Shown: positions 1 through 8,689 of the stretch, in pieces
Layout of the letters: every line of letters starts with the position of its first letter
How positions within the stretch are numbered: position 1 is the first letter of the stretch
Origin: Actinomycetota bacterium
Lineage (GTDB): Bacteria > Actinomycetota > Thermoleophilia > Gaiellales > Gaiellaceae
Direction: 5' to 3'
NCBI GenBank assembly: GCA_005885085.1
Contig: VAXY01000013.1
Coordinates: 19,463-53,734 of the forward strand
DNA: 34,272 bases
Notes under the pieces: generated by a model
The model's input: the letters and a program-made list of their open reading frames with translations, nothing else
Database searches by the model: none
What the model was told of the DNA's origin: nothing
Made by a program: the position numbers and the translations under genes

Positions 1-1
1 C

Positions 2-676
2 GCGGCGCGCCATCACACGCAGTTCGCCGAGGGACGGGCGACCGAAAAGAAGGTGGTCGGGATGCCCACCGTCCCCGCGTACGCGCCGCGCTCGCTGGGA
101 CTCGCGTTCGCCGTCGCGGCCGTGCTGTTCCTGATGGGGGGTCTGATCCAGATCAACCCGATCTGGCAGTGGGGGCCGTATCACGTGTCGCAGGCGACGA
201 ATGGTGCGCAGCCGGATTGGTATCTCGGCTGGCTGATCGGCGCTCTGCGGCTCGTGCCGAACTTCGACGTGACGATCGGTCACTACACCCTCGTGCCGAA
301 TCCGTTCTGGGGCGGCGCCGGCTTCCCGATGTTCGTGTTCCTCGTCCTGTTCGCGTGGCCGTCGCTCGAGCGGCGCGTGACCGGTGACTACGCCTTCCAC
401 AATCTGCTCGACCGCCCGCGGGACGCGCCGTGGCGGACTGCGATCGGCGTCGCCTTCTTCACGTGGATCTTCGTCGTCTTCCTCGCCGGCGCCGCCGACC
501 GGATGTTCGTGATGTTCGACCTCTCGTATCGCGGCCAGATCTGGGCGTTCCGCGTGCTCGTCTGGGTCCTTCCGGTCGTTGCGCTGTTCGTCGCGAAACG
601 CGTCTGCGAGGAGCTCCTGCGAGGCGAGGTGGTCGAGGTGCGGCGAAAGCTCGTCGAAGCGGAGCCGGTCGGCTAG
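2..676 (+). CDS. qcrB: Cytochrome b subunit of menaquinol:cytochrome c reductase (QcrB-like), C-terminal part; 5' end outside window
   Basis: The frame is open from the window edge (AARHHTQFAEGRATEKKVVG...) into ORF 53..676. INPIWQWGPY and QPDWYLGW motifs plus several hydrophobic helices match the C-terminal half of actinobacterial cytochrome b. Confidence 0.75.
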   Translation, partial: AARHHTQFAEGRATEKKVVGMPTVPAYAPRSLGLAFAVAAVLFLMGGLIQINPIWQWGPYHVSQATNGAQPDWYLGWLIGALRLVPNFDVTIGHYTLVPNPFWGGAGFPMFVFLVLFAWPSLERRVTGDYAFHNLLDRPRDAPWRTAIGVAFFTWIFVVFLAGAADRMFVMFDLSYRGQIWAFRVLVWVLPVVALFVAKRVCEELLRGEVVEVRRKLVEAEPVG

Positions 677-1092
677 ACAGGCAGCTCGGGCGCGACGCGT
701 TCGGCCAGCGCTTCGGCGACGCCGCGGGCGACCTCAGGCGACTTCTTCACGAGCGCGTCGAAGGCGCGCTCGGTGATCACGAGCACGTGGACGTCGGTCG
801 TCGCCGTGACGCTTGCCGTACGCGGCATCTTGGTCACCAGTGCGATCTCGCCGAAGAAATCGCCGTTCTTCATCGTGTTGATGCGCTTGCCGCCCTTCGT
901 CACCTGCGCTTCGCCTTCGAGCAGAACAACGAATTCGCGGCCCCGGTCACCTTCGGTCGCCATCTCCTTGCCGGCCGGGAGATCGATCTCGTCGGCGATG
1001 TGTGCGACGTCCTGGAGGGCGCGTTTGCTGAGCCGCGCGAAGAGCGGCACCTTCTTCAGGAGCTCGATCTTGGCGTCCTTGCGGAGTAGCAC
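673..1092 (-). CDS. Stand-alone cyclic-nucleotide-binding domain protein (139 aa)
   Basis: GTG start. PLFARLS...GDFFGEIAL...RTASV is the cNMP-binding (CAP effector domain) signature. No DNA-binding or other output domain is attached. Confidence 0.75.
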   Translation of the reverse strand: MLLRKDAKIELLKKVPLFARLSKRALQDVAHIADEIDLPAGKEMATEGDRGREFVVLLEGEAQVTKGGKRINTMKNGDFFGEIALVTKMPRTASVTATTDVHVLVITERAFDALVKKSPEVARGVAEALAERVAPELPV

Positions 1093-1136
1093 AGGACGAA
1101 TCTATCGCCTTCCGAGCCCTTGGTTACGGTGATCCG

Positions 1137-1454
1137 GTGGCCGTCGTCCCCGAGATTTTCGGAGCAGCCGCCGGTTTGGCGGGCCTGCTCCTGGTCTTCC
1201 TCGGGGTTTCGATCTCGACCTTCCAGTCCTATGCGGGCGATGTGCCGGCGGCGGCGACGGCGCGTTTCCGGCGTGCGGGCGCCCTGATCCTCGGGGCCTT
1301 CCTGCTGGGCCTGGTGGATGTGGCCGTCTCGTTCTCGTGGTTGCTGACGCCCGGCCGCGGCCTGCGTGACGTGTCCGTCGTCCTCTTCGCCGTCGAGCTG
1401 GCGGCGACCGCGCTGGCGGCCGCCGTCACTGCGTGGGTCGTGCTGTGGCGCTGA
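1137..1454 (+). CDS. Hypothetical small membrane protein (about 3 TM helices)
   Basis: 105-aa ORF with three hydrophobic stretches and high GC3. No recognisable family. Confidence 0.45.
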   Translation: MAVVPEIFGAAAGLAGLLLVFLGVSISTFQSYAGDVPAAATARFRRAGALILGAFLLGLVDVAVSFSWLLTPGRGLRDVSVVLFAVELAATALAAAVTAWVVLWR

Positions 1455-1735
1455 GCCTCAACAAGCTCAAGCGTCTCGGCGACGCGAGCTTGACGGAGCT
1501 GTTCGAGGAGGACCGCAAGCTCTGGACCGCGATGGTGAAGGACGCGTACGGCTACACGAAGAAGTTCATCGGCGCCGACGTGCGGCCCGACGACGTCGTC
1601 CCGACGCTGGTGCCGGCGCTGGAGGTCTCCGACCGCCTGCGCACGTATCTCGCAGGGCGGAAGCTGACGCAGAACTACTGGTACACGTGGTTCGCGGAGC
1701 TGATCGTCGACCGTCTCTGGGCTGACCTACACTAG
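1433..1735 (+). CDS. Hypothetical protein (about 96-100 aa; start GTG 1433 or 1445)
   Basis: Protein-like composition (LNKLKRLGDASLTELFEEDRKLWTAMVKDAYGYTKKF...), unlike the Arg/Pro-rich shadow ORFs. Overlaps the preceding ORF end. Family not recognised. Confidence 0.5.
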   Translation: MGRAVALSLNKLKRLGDASLTELFEEDRKLWTAMVKDAYGYTKKFIGADVRPDDVVPTLVPALEVSDRLRTYLAGRKLTQNYWYTWFAELIVDRLWADLH

Positions 1736-1739
1736 GACG

Positions 1740-1928
1740 GTGGCGAAGGCCCCGGATGCGGACCGGCAAGCGCGGGAGTACATCGACCGCGTGGTCGAGT
1801 CGCACCGCAAGAACGGCTACGGGCTGCGCCTGTCGAAGCAGCGCTACGAGGAAGCGGTCGGCCGGGTCGCCGCCTCGTTCCGCGACCTGATCGACGCCTC
1901 GCGTGGCCGACCGACGTCCGGGGTCTGA
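1740..1928 (+). CDS. Hypothetical protein (62 aa)
   Basis: Balanced composition and starts 5 nt after the previous stop. Its last codons and stop (1926-1928) lie inside the GGGGTCTGACCCC repeat. Confidence 0.4.
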   Translation: MAKAPDADRQAREYIDRVVESHRKNGYGLRLSKQRYEEAVGRVAASFRDLIDASRGRPTSGV

Positions 1929-1934
1929 CCCCGG
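1918..1934. repeat. Single unit of the GGGGTCTGACCCC palindromic repeat family (CCGGGGTCTGACCCCGG)
   Basis: 8-nt arms around a central T. Sits between the convergent ends of ORF 1740..1928 and acnA (stop 1944). The same 13-mer recurs at 8648, 14712, 14728 (rc), 8666 (rc) and 30085. Confidence 0.85.
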
Positions 1935-1943
1935 CCCGTTGAT

Positions 1944-4646
1944 TTACGCGAGCAGGCGGCGCAGCACGTAACGCAGGATCCCGCCGTGCCGCAGGTACTC
2001 GCGCTCTTGCTCGGTGTCGAGGCGGACGCGGGCGCGGAACTCCTTGTCGTCGGCACGCACCGTCACCTCGCGCGCGTCGCCGTTCTCGACCCCGGCGATC
2101 GCGAATTCCTCATGGCCCGAGAGCCCGAGGGAGTCGGCGTTCTGTCCGTCCTGGTACTGAAGTGGCAGGATGCCCATCATCAGCAGGTTCGAGCGATGGA
2201 TCCGCTCGTACGACTCGGCGATTACCGCGCGCACGCCGAGTAGGTTCGGCCCTTTCGCCGCCCAGTCGCGTGAGGACCCGGTCCCGTATTCCTTCCCGGC
2301 AAGCACGATCAACGGCACATCCTCCGCGAGGTAGCGCTCGGACGCCTCGTAGATCGTCATCTCCTCGCCGCTCGGCACGTGCACCGTCCATGTTCCCTCG
2401 GAGCCGGGCGCCAGCAGGTTCTTCAGCCGCACGTTGGCGAACGTCCCGCGCACCATCACCTCGTGATTTCCCCGCCGCGAGCCGTAGGAGTTGAAGTCCT
2501 TGCGTTCGACGCCGTGCTCGACGAGATAGTGACCCGCGGGCGAGTCGGGCTTGATCGCGCCCGCCGGCGAGATGTGATCCGTCGTCACCGAGTCTCCGAC
2601 GCGAACGAGGCACCGTGCGCCCGAGATATCCTCGACGCGACCCGGCTCGCGCGACATCCCCTCGAAGTACGGCGGCAGGCGCACGTAGGTCGACTCCGGA
2701 TCCCAGTCGAACAGCGCGCCCTCCGGCACTGGTAGCTCGCGCCACGCGGGATCGCCAGTGAAGACGTCTGCATACGTTCGCGAGAACATCTCGCCGCGGA
2801 CGGCGCGGGAGATCGTCTCCTGAATCTCCTCGGCGCTGGGCCAGATCTCATGCAGGTAAACGTCGTTGCCGTCGCCGTCCTCTCCGATCGGCTCGTTCAC
2901 GAGGTCGACGTCCATCCGCCCGGCGAGGGCATAGGCCACGACGAGCGGCGGCGACGCGAGGTAATTCGCCTTCACCTCGGGGTGGATGCGCGCCTCGAAG
3001 TTCCGGTTCCCGGAGAGCACCGAGCACACGACCAGGTCGCCCTCCGCGACCGCGTCGGAGATCGATTCGGGCAAGGGGCCGGAGTTTCCGATGCACGTCG
3101 TGCAGCCGTACCCGACCGTCTGGAATCCGAGCTCGTCGAGATACCTCGTCAGGCCCGCCTGCTCGTAGTACTCGGTCACGACCTTGGAGCCTGGCGCGAG
3201 CGAGGATTTCACCCAAGGCTTGCGCTTCAACCCCCGTTCGACGGCGCTCTTTGCCAGGAGGCCGGCGCCCACCATCACCTGCGGGTTGGAGGTGTTCGTG
3301 CAGGACGTGATCGCAGCGATCACAACTGAGCCGTGCCGGAGCTCGACCTCCTCGCCGTCCACCTCGGCCCTGACAGCGTGTTGGCGTATCGCGACGGCCA
3401 CGCCGCCGTCCGTCTCGACCTTCGCGCCTTCCCTGATCTCGATGGTCGACGGCGGATCGCTCGCCGGGAACGACTCCGCGATCGCCTCGTCCCGTGCGTT
3501 GCCGTAGTCGACGCCGAAGGTCTCGAGCGCGTCGACGAACGAGCGCTTCGCCTCCCGCAACGGGACGCGGTCCTGGGGCCGGCGGGGCCCCGCGAGCGAG
3601 GGCTCGACCGTGCCGAGGTCGAGCTCGATCACCTGGGAGTAGTCCGGCTCGTGCTCGGGCTCGTGCCAGAGCGAGTTCTGCTTGCAGTACGCCTCGACGA
3701 GGGCGAGCCGCTCCTCGTCGCGGCCGGTCAGCCGCAGGTACTTGAGCGTCTCGTCGTCGACCGGGAAGAAGCCGCACGTCGCGCCGTACTCGGGCGACAT
3801 GTTCCCGATCGTCGCCCGGTCGGCGAGCGCCAGGGAGGCGAGCCCGGGCCCGAAGTACTCGACGAACTTCCCGACGACGCCCGTCTCGCGAAGGATCTGC
3901 GTCACGGTCAGCACGAGGTCGGTCGCGGTCGCTCCCTCCGGCAGCGAGCCGCCGAGCTTGAAGCCGACGACCTGCGGGATCAGCATCGACACGGCCTCGC
4001 CGAGCATCGCCGCCTCGGCCTCGATGCCGCCGACGCCCCAACCGAGGACGCCGAGCCCGTTGATCATCGTCGTGTGCGAGTCCGTCCCGACCAGCGTGTC
4101 GGGGAACGCCCAGCCGTCGCGTGACTCGACGACGCGCGCCAGGAACTCGAGATTGACCTGGTGGACGATGCCGGTGTTCGGCGGGACGACCTGGAAGTTC
4201 TCGAACGCCTGCTGTCCCCAACGGAGGAACGCGTAGCGCTCGCGGTTGCGCTCGAACTCGAGCTCCGCGTTCCGGAAGCGCGCCCGCGCCGTCGCATACT
4301 CGTCCACCTGCACCGAATGGTCGATCACGAGCTCAGAGGGAAGCTGTGGATTGATCTTCGCGGGATCGCCGCCCAAGTCCGCCATCGCATTCCGCATCGC
4401 CGCCAGATCGACGATCGCCGGGACGCCGGTGAAATCCTGGTGCAGGACCCGCGCGGGACGGTAGGAGATGGCATGCGAGGGCTCGGCCCGGGGATCCCAG
4501 CCGGCGATCGCCCGTGCGTCCTCGTCTTCGCCGTGCCGCAGCGCGTTCTCCAGCAGGATCCGGAGGGTGTAGGGCAGGCGCTCCGCGCCCTCGAGCCGCG
4601 AAATCTCGTAGCTGCGGTCGCCCGCGGTGAGGGTCGAGGAGCTCAC
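1944..4646 (-). CDS. acnA: Aconitate hydratase A
   Basis: 900-aa ORF with GTG start and full-length match to AcnA/IRP-type aconitase. Motifs include [37 protein letters not shown] and [12 protein letters not shown]. Confidence 0.95.
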   Translation of the reverse strand: MSSSTLTAGDRSYEISRLEGAERLPYTLRILLENALRHGEDEDARAIAGWDPRAEPSHAISYRPARVLHQDFTGVPAIVDLAAMRNAMADLGGDPAKINPQLPSELVIDHSVQVDEYATARARFRNAELEFERNRERYAFLRWGQQAFENFQVVPPNTGIVHQVNLEFLARVVESRDGWAFPDTLVGTDSHTTMINGLGVLGWGVGGIEAEAAMLGEAVSMLIPQVVGFKLGGSLPEGATATDLVLTVTQILRETGVVGKFVEYFGPGLASLALADRATIGNMSPEYGATCGFFPVDDETLKYLRLTGRDEERLALVEAYCKQNSLWHEPEHEPDYSQVIELDLGTVEPSLAGPRRPQDRVPLREAKRSFVDALETFGVDYGNARDEAIAESFPASDPPSTIEIREGAKVETDGGVAVAIRQHAVRAEVDGEEVELRHGSVVIAAITSCTNTSNPQVMVGAGLLAKSAVERGLKRKPWVKSSLAPGSKVVTEYYEQAGLTRYLDELGFQTVGYGCTTCIGNSGPLPESISDAVAEGDLVVCSVLSGNRNFEARIHPEVKANYLASPPLVVAYALAGRMDVDLVNEPIGEDGDGNDVYLHEIWPSAEEIQETISRAVRGEMFSRTYADVFTGDPAWRELPVPEGALFDWDPESTYVRLPPYFEGMSREPGRVEDISGARCLVRVGDSVTTDHISPAGAIKPDSPAGHYLVEHGVERKDFNSYGSRRGNHEVMVRGTFANVRLKNLLAPGSEGTWTVHVPSGEEMTIYEASERYLAEDVPLIVLAGKEYGTGSSRDWAAKGPNLLGVRAVIAESYERIHRSNLLMMGILPLQYQDGQNADSLGLSGHEEFAIAGVENGDAREVTVRADDKEFRARVRLDTEQEREYLRHGGILRYVLRRLLA

Positions 4647-4681
4647 CTGACCGATTCTATGGAACCCCCGCCGCTTCTCAT

Positions 4682-4710
4682 TTGACGAGCGCGCGGCTTC
4701 TCCCTAAAGT
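4682..4710 (+). promoter_or_regulatory. Putative sigma-70-type promoter of the sulfate ABC operon (TTGACG-N17-TAAAGT)
   Basis: TTGACG at 4682-4687, an exact 17-nt spacer, then TAAAGT at 4705-4710. Lies 33 nt upstream of the sbp ATG (4743), in a locally AT-richer patch. Confidence 0.45.
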
Positions 4711-4728
4711 CCACCAACTCGGTGGACT
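4708..4728. promoter_or_regulatory. 8-5-8 perfect palindrome AGTCCACCaactcGGTGGACT overlapping the -10 element; candidate operator
   Basis: Seen directly. The left arm overlaps the putative -10 and the right arm ends 3 nt before the AAGGAG ribosome-binding site. Confidence 0.4.
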
Positions 4729-4742
4729 AATAAGGAGAGCCC

Positions 4743-5711
4743 ATGCGGCGCATTAGCTTGACTTTGATCCTCGCGCTCGCCTTCCCCGCCCTCGCGGCCG
4801 GAGCGGCGAAAGACACGAAGCTCGCGTTGGTCGCGTACTCAACGCCCCGTGAGGCGTATGCACAGCTGATCCCGGCCTTCCAGAAGACTGCGGCCGGCAA
4901 CGGCGTGAGCTTCTCGCAGTCCTACGGCGCGTCGGGCGAGCAAAGCCGGGCGGTCGCATCCGGGCTCGACGCCGACATCGTCGCGTTCTCGCTCGCGCCG
5001 GACATCACCTCGCTCGTCCAGAAGAAGCTCGTGCCTCAAAGTTGGAACAGGGACAAGTGGCACGGGATGGTCACGCGCTCGGTGGTCGTGTTCGTCGTGC
5101 GCGACGGCAACCCGAAGAAATTGAAGACGTGGAACGACCTGCTCAAGCCGGGCGTGCAGATCGTGACGCCGAACCCGTTCACGTCCGGCGGCGCACGCTG
5201 GAACGTGATGGCGGCATACGGCGGCGCGCTGCGCGCCGGCAAGACGCCGAAGCGGGCCCAGGCCTACCTGGCCCAGATGTGGAAGCACGTGGTCGCGCAG
5301 CCGGCCAGCGCCCGCGAAGGGCTGGCGACGTTCCTCGCGGGCCGCGGCGACGTCTTCCTCGCCTACGAGAACGAGGCGCTGTTCGCGCAGCAGAAGGGCC
5401 AGCCGGTGCAGTTCGTGATCCCGAAGGCGACGATCCTGATCGAGAACCCGATCGCGGTCACGACGACGTCCACGCACAAGCAGCAGGCTCAGGCGTTCGT
5501 GAACTTCCTGCACACGAAGCCCGCGCAGCGGATCTTCGCCCAAAACGGCTACCGGCCAGTGATCAAGGGCGTGACCCAGGGCCTGAACTTCCCGGTGCGG
5601 CCGCAGCTGTTCACGATCAAGTACGTCGGCGGCTGGGCGCAGGTGGAGAAGAAGTTCTTCGACCCGCGCACGGGGATCATGGCCAAGATCCAAGGATCGA
5701 GTGGCGGCTAG
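4743..5711 (+). CDS. sbp: Sulfate/thiosulfate ABC transporter substrate-binding protein
   Basis: Signal peptide (LILALAFPALAAGAA). Sbp/CysP-like sequence (VTPNPFTSGGARWNVMAAYG, FLAYENEAL). First gene of a cysTWA operon. Confidence 0.9.
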   Translation: MRRISLTLILALAFPALAAGAAKDTKLALVAYSTPREAYAQLIPAFQKTAAGNGVSFSQSYGASGEQSRAVASGLDADIVAFSLAPDITSLVQKKLVPQSWNRDKWHGMVTRSVVVFVVRDGNPKKLKTWNDLLKPGVQIVTPNPFTSGGARWNVMAAYGGALRAGKTPKRAQAYLAQMWKHVVAQPASAREGLATFLAGRGDVFLAYENEALFAQQKGQPVQFVIPKATILIENPIAVTTTSTHKQQAQAFVNFLHTKPAQRIFAQNGYRPVIKGVTQGLNFPVRPQLFTIKYVGGWAQVEKKFFDPRTGIMAKIQGSSGG

Positions 5712-6507
5712 AGCCGCCGCTCTTCCGGCTCCCAGGGCCCGGCGCTCGGCGGCGCCGGGGCTTGCCGTCGGTCTCAGCACGCTCTATCTGAGCGTGATCG
5801 TCCTGCTCCCGCTCGCGGCGCTCGGCTGGCGCGCGCACGGGTGGAACGCGATCACAACCCCACAGGCCGTCTCGGCGCTCGAGTTGACGCTCGTCGCGTC
5901 GGGCGTCGTCGCCTTGATCAACGCGGTCGCGGGCACGGCAATCGCCTGGACGCTCGTCCGCGACCGGTTCTTCGGCCAGGGCGTCGTCAACGCGCTCGTC
6001 GACCTGCCGTTTGCGCTGCCCACGATCGTCGCCGGCCTGACGCTGCTCGCGCTGTACGGCCCGAGGTCGCCGGGCGGCGTCGACGTCGCGTTCACGCGCT
6101 GGGCGATTCTCGTCGCGCTCTTGTTCGTGACGCTGCCGTTCGTCGTCCGGACGGTGCAGCCGGTCCTGTTCGAGCTGGACACCGAGATGGAGGACGCCGC
6201 TGTCTCCCTCGGCGCCTCCCGGATGGCGACGTTCCGTCGCGTGATCTTCCCGAACATCCTGCCCGCGATTCTGTCCGGCGTCGCGCTCGCGTTCGCACGT
6301 GCGATCGGGGAATTCGGGGCCGTCGTGTTGATCTCCGGCAACCTGCCCTTCAAGACCGAGGTCGTCTCGGTGTACGTCTTCGGCCGGATCGAGAGCGGCG
6401 ACACCGGTGGAGCCGCGGCCGCTTCGGTCGTCATCCTCGGGATCTCGTTCGGCGTCCTGCTCGCAATCGGCGGCGTCCGCCGCTGGGCGACGCGCCATGA
6501 TCGGTAG
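5701..6507 (+). CDS. cysT: Sulfate ABC transporter permease CysT
   Basis: GTG start overlapping the sbp end. Contains a BPD-transport permease core (DLPFALPTIVAGLTLL) and the EAA-type loop (EDAAVSLGASRMATFRRVIFPNILPA). Confidence 0.85.
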   Translation: MAARAAALPAPRARRSAAPGLAVGLSTLYLSVIVLLPLAALGWRAHGWNAITTPQAVSALELTLVASGVVALINAVAGTAIAWTLVRDRFFGQGVVNALVDLPFALPTIVAGLTLLALYGPRSPGGVDVAFTRWAILVALLFVTLPFVVRTVQPVLFELDTEMEDAAVSLGASRMATFRRVIFPNILPAILSGVALAFARAIGEFGAVVLISGNLPFKTEVVSVYVFGRIESGDTGGAAAASVVILGISFGVLLAIGGVRRWATRHDR

Positions 6508-7222
6508 GTACGCCCTCCGCTTCGGCGCGCTCGGCTACCTCGCCGTTCTCCTTGCGGCCCCGGTCGGGTACGTGTTCTGGCGGACGTTCGAGCACGGCTT
6601 CTGGCCGGCCTGGCACGCCGTCACCGCGCCTGACGCACTGCATGCGCTGAAGGTGACGCTGATCCTCGCAATCGTGCGCCACCGCTTCCCGGGATCAGGC
6701 GTCTTCAACGCCGTCGTCGACCTTCCGCTCGCGCTGTCGCCTGTCGTCGTGGGCCTCGCACTGGTGCTCTTGTACGGCCGCGGCGGCTGGCTCGGCGGAC
6801 ACCACGTCGTGTTCGCGCTGCCTGGCATGGCGCTCGCGACCATCTTCGTCTCGCTGCCGTTTGTCGTGCGGGAGGTCGTCCCCGTGCTGCGCGAGATCGG
6901 GACGGAGCAGGAACAGGCGGCCGCGACGCTCGGAGCGTCCGCCTTGCAGACGTTCGCGCGCATCACGTGGCCGGCCATCCGCTGGGCGACGGCGTACGGC
7001 GTGGTGCTGACGACGGCACGGGCGCTCGGCGAGTTCGGCGCAGTGAGCGTCGTCTCCGGGCACCTGGCGGGACAGACGGAGTCGCTGACGCTGTACGTGC
7101 AGGACCGCTATCAGGCGTTCGACGAGGTCGGCGCGTACGCCTCAGCCGTGCTGCTCGCACTGATCGCCGTCGCCACCCTCATCCTGATGACGACGCTGAA
7201 GCCGAAGCAGGAGACACGATGA
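6497..7222 (+). CDS. cysW: Sulfate ABC transporter permease CysW (apparently lacking about 16 aa of a TM helix)
   Basis: ATG at 6497 ([10 protein letters not shown]...) overlaps the cysT end; the longer track ORF from 6407 is an Arg/Ser-rich extension. [27 protein letters not shown] is a CysW-type loop. See the finding on the internal deletion. Confidence 0.8.
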   Translation: MIGRYALRFGALGYLAVLLAAPVGYVFWRTFEHGFWPAWHAVTAPDALHALKVTLILAIVRHRFPGSGVFNAVVDLPLALSPVVVGLALVLLYGRGGWLGGHHVVFALPGMALATIFVSLPFVVREVVPVLREIGTEQEQAAATLGASALQTFARITWPAIRWATAYGVVLTTARALGEFGAVSVVSGHLAGQTESLTLYVQDRYQAFDEVGAYASAVLLALIAVATLILMTTLKPKQETR

Positions 7223-8169
7223 TCGAGGTCCGGGGGATCGTGAAGCGCTTCGGTGACTTCACTGCGCTCGACGGCGTGTCGGTCGAGGTGCCTGCCGGGT
7301 CGCTGACCGCGTTGCTAGGGCCGAGCGGCAGCGGCAAGTCGACCCTCCTGCGCGTGATCGCGGGACTCGAGCAGCCGGACGAAGGCGTCATCTGTCTGGC
7401 AGGACAAGACGTGACCAAGATCCCGCCGCAGGCGCGCGGGGTCGGCTTCGTCTTCCAGCACTACGCCGCGTTCAAGCACCTGACGGTCTGGGAGAACGTC
7501 GCCTTCGGCCTCAAGATCCGGCGTCGCCCGCGCGCCGAGATCCGACAGCGCGTCACGGAGCTGCTCGAGCTCGTGCAGCTGGCGCGGCTAGGCGACCGCT
7601 ATCCGGCGCAGCTCTCAGGCGGGCAGCGGCAACGGATGGGACTGGCGCGCGCCCTCGCGGTCGATCCGAAGGTCCTCTTGCTCGACGAGCCGTTCGGAGC
7701 GCTGGACGCGCGCGTCCGCAAGGAGCTGCGGAGCTGGCTCCGCCGTCTGCACGACGAGACGCATACGACGACGGTGATCGTCACGCACGATCAGGAAGAG
7801 GCGATGGACGTCGCCGATCGCGTCGTCCTCATGAACGGGGGCCGCATCGAGCAGGAGGCGACCCCACGGGAGCTGTACGACCGGCCGGCGAACGAGTTCG
7901 TGATGTCCTTCGTCGGGCCGGTGAACCGTCTCGGCGACGCCTTCATCCGGCCGCACGACGTCGAGCTGCTGTTGGAGCCGAACGGCTCGACGCAGGAGGC
8001 GATGGTGCAGCGCCTTGTCCACCTCGGCTTCGAGGTCCGAGTCGAGCTCATGCGTGACGACGGCGAGGTGCTCTCCGCCCAGCTGACACGGGAGCAGGTG
8101 GAGGCGCTCGAGTTGCTACCAGGTCAGATCGTCCACGTCAGGCCGACCCGGCAGACCGTGTTTCAGTGA
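7219..8169 (+). CDS. cysA: Sulfate ABC transporter ATP-binding protein CysA
   Basis: ATG 7219 forms an ATGA overlap with the cysW stop. Walker [10 protein letters not shown], signature LSGGQRQR, Walker [12 protein letters not shown], and a C-terminal TOBE-like domain. Confidence 0.9.
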   Translation: MIEVRGIVKRFGDFTALDGVSVEVPAGSLTALLGPSGSGKSTLLRVIAGLEQPDEGVICLAGQDVTKIPPQARGVGFVFQHYAAFKHLTVWENVAFGLKIRRRPRAEIRQRVTELLELVQLARLGDRYPAQLSGGQRQRMGLARALAVDPKVLLLDEPFGALDARVRKELRSWLRRLHDETHTTTVIVTHDQEEAMDVADRVVLMNGGRIEQEATPRELYDRPANEFVMSFVGPVNRLGDAFIRPHDVELLLEPNGSTQEAMVQRLVHLGFEVRVELMRDDGEVLSAQLTREQVEALELLPGQIVHVRPTRQTVFQ

Positions 8170-8642
8170 GGCTGCCACGCATCGGGATTCGCGGCGAGCT
8201 GTTCGATGGTCGCGGGCAAATCGCCCAGCGCGACGTCCGCGATCGTCACGTGCTCCAAGACAGCACGCAGGTTCGCGCGTACCGCGATCCAGACGTCGCG
8301 TAACCGGGCTGCCGAGCCTGCGTACTCGACTTGCTCGGGACCGAGACCGCGCACGTTCGCGATCGGCCCTTCGACGGCGCGCACGACCTCGGCGACGGTG
8401 ATCTCGTCCGCCGCCCGTGCGAGCCAGTAGCCGCCCTCCACGCCGCGCTGACTGCGGACGATGCCCGCGTGCCGCAGGTCGCCGAGGATGTTCTCGAGGA
8501 ACTTGAGCGGGATCTCCTGCGCCTGCGCGATCCGCTCGCCCTTGACCGGCCCGTCGGCGCCGGCCGCGAGCTCGATCACCGCCCGCAGCGCGTAGTCCGC
8601 CTTTGCCGAGACGCGCACCCCGCCATTGTGAGCGAACTGCAA
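8163..8642 (-). CDS. Rrf2-family transcriptional regulator (start TTG 8642, or more likely GTG 8618)
   Basis: [18 protein letters not shown]... is the Rrf2 wHTH N-terminus, followed by [17 protein letters not shown]. No three-Cys cluster motif is seen. Convergent with cysA. Confidence 0.85.
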   Translation of the reverse strand: MQFAHNGGVRVSAKADYALRAVIELAAGADGPVKGERIAQAQEIPLKFLENILGDLRHAGIVRSQRGVEGGYWLARAADEITVAEVVRAVEGPIANVRGLGPEQVEYAGSAARLRDVWIAVRANLRAVLEHVTIADVALGDLPATIEQLAANPDAWQPH

Positions 8643-8644
8643 CT

Positions 8645-8681
8645 GCCGGGGTCTGACCCCAAGAAGGGGTCAGACCCCGGC
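8645..8681. repeat. Dimer of the GGGGTCTGACCCC repeat forming a 16-bp perfect hairpin (loop AAGAA)
   Basis: gCCGGGGTCTGACCCC aagaa GGGGTCAGACCCCGGc. Lies between the stop of the collagen-like gene (8690) and the start of the Rrf2 gene; probably terminator-like. Confidence 0.9.
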
Positions 8682-8689
8682 CCTGGCTG

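Noticed and set aside
2848-4221. Long alternative-frame ORFs inside or antisense to real genes. Examples: 2848..4221 (-), 3333..4124 (+), 4839..5780 (-), 10594..12234 (-), 12553..13896 (-), 14997..16778 (-), 17163..17990 (-), 20177..21334 (-), 30791..31927 (+), 32999..34237 (-)
   Set aside because: Their Arg/Pro/Gly/Ala-dominated low-complexity translations are typical of out-of-frame reading of about 70% GC coding DNA. Each overlaps a gene with clear family motifs.
4654-4659. TAGAAT (minus strand) 7 nt upstream of the acnA GTG, suggesting a leaderless acnA transcript
   Set aside because: It is a plausible actinobacterial -10 element, but there is no convincing -35 and the evidence is a single hexamer. 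Too weak to list as a feature.
6407-7218. N-terminal extensions suggested by the track for cysW (from 6407) and cysA (from 6967), and similarly for fdhC (15048), the SO-like gene (21530), the PPIase (32056) and the collagen-like gene (9439)
   Set aside because: The extensions are Arg/Ser-rich, overlap the preceding gene extensively, and are absent from family N-termini. Internal ATG/GTG starts give the usual 4-11 nt operon overlaps.
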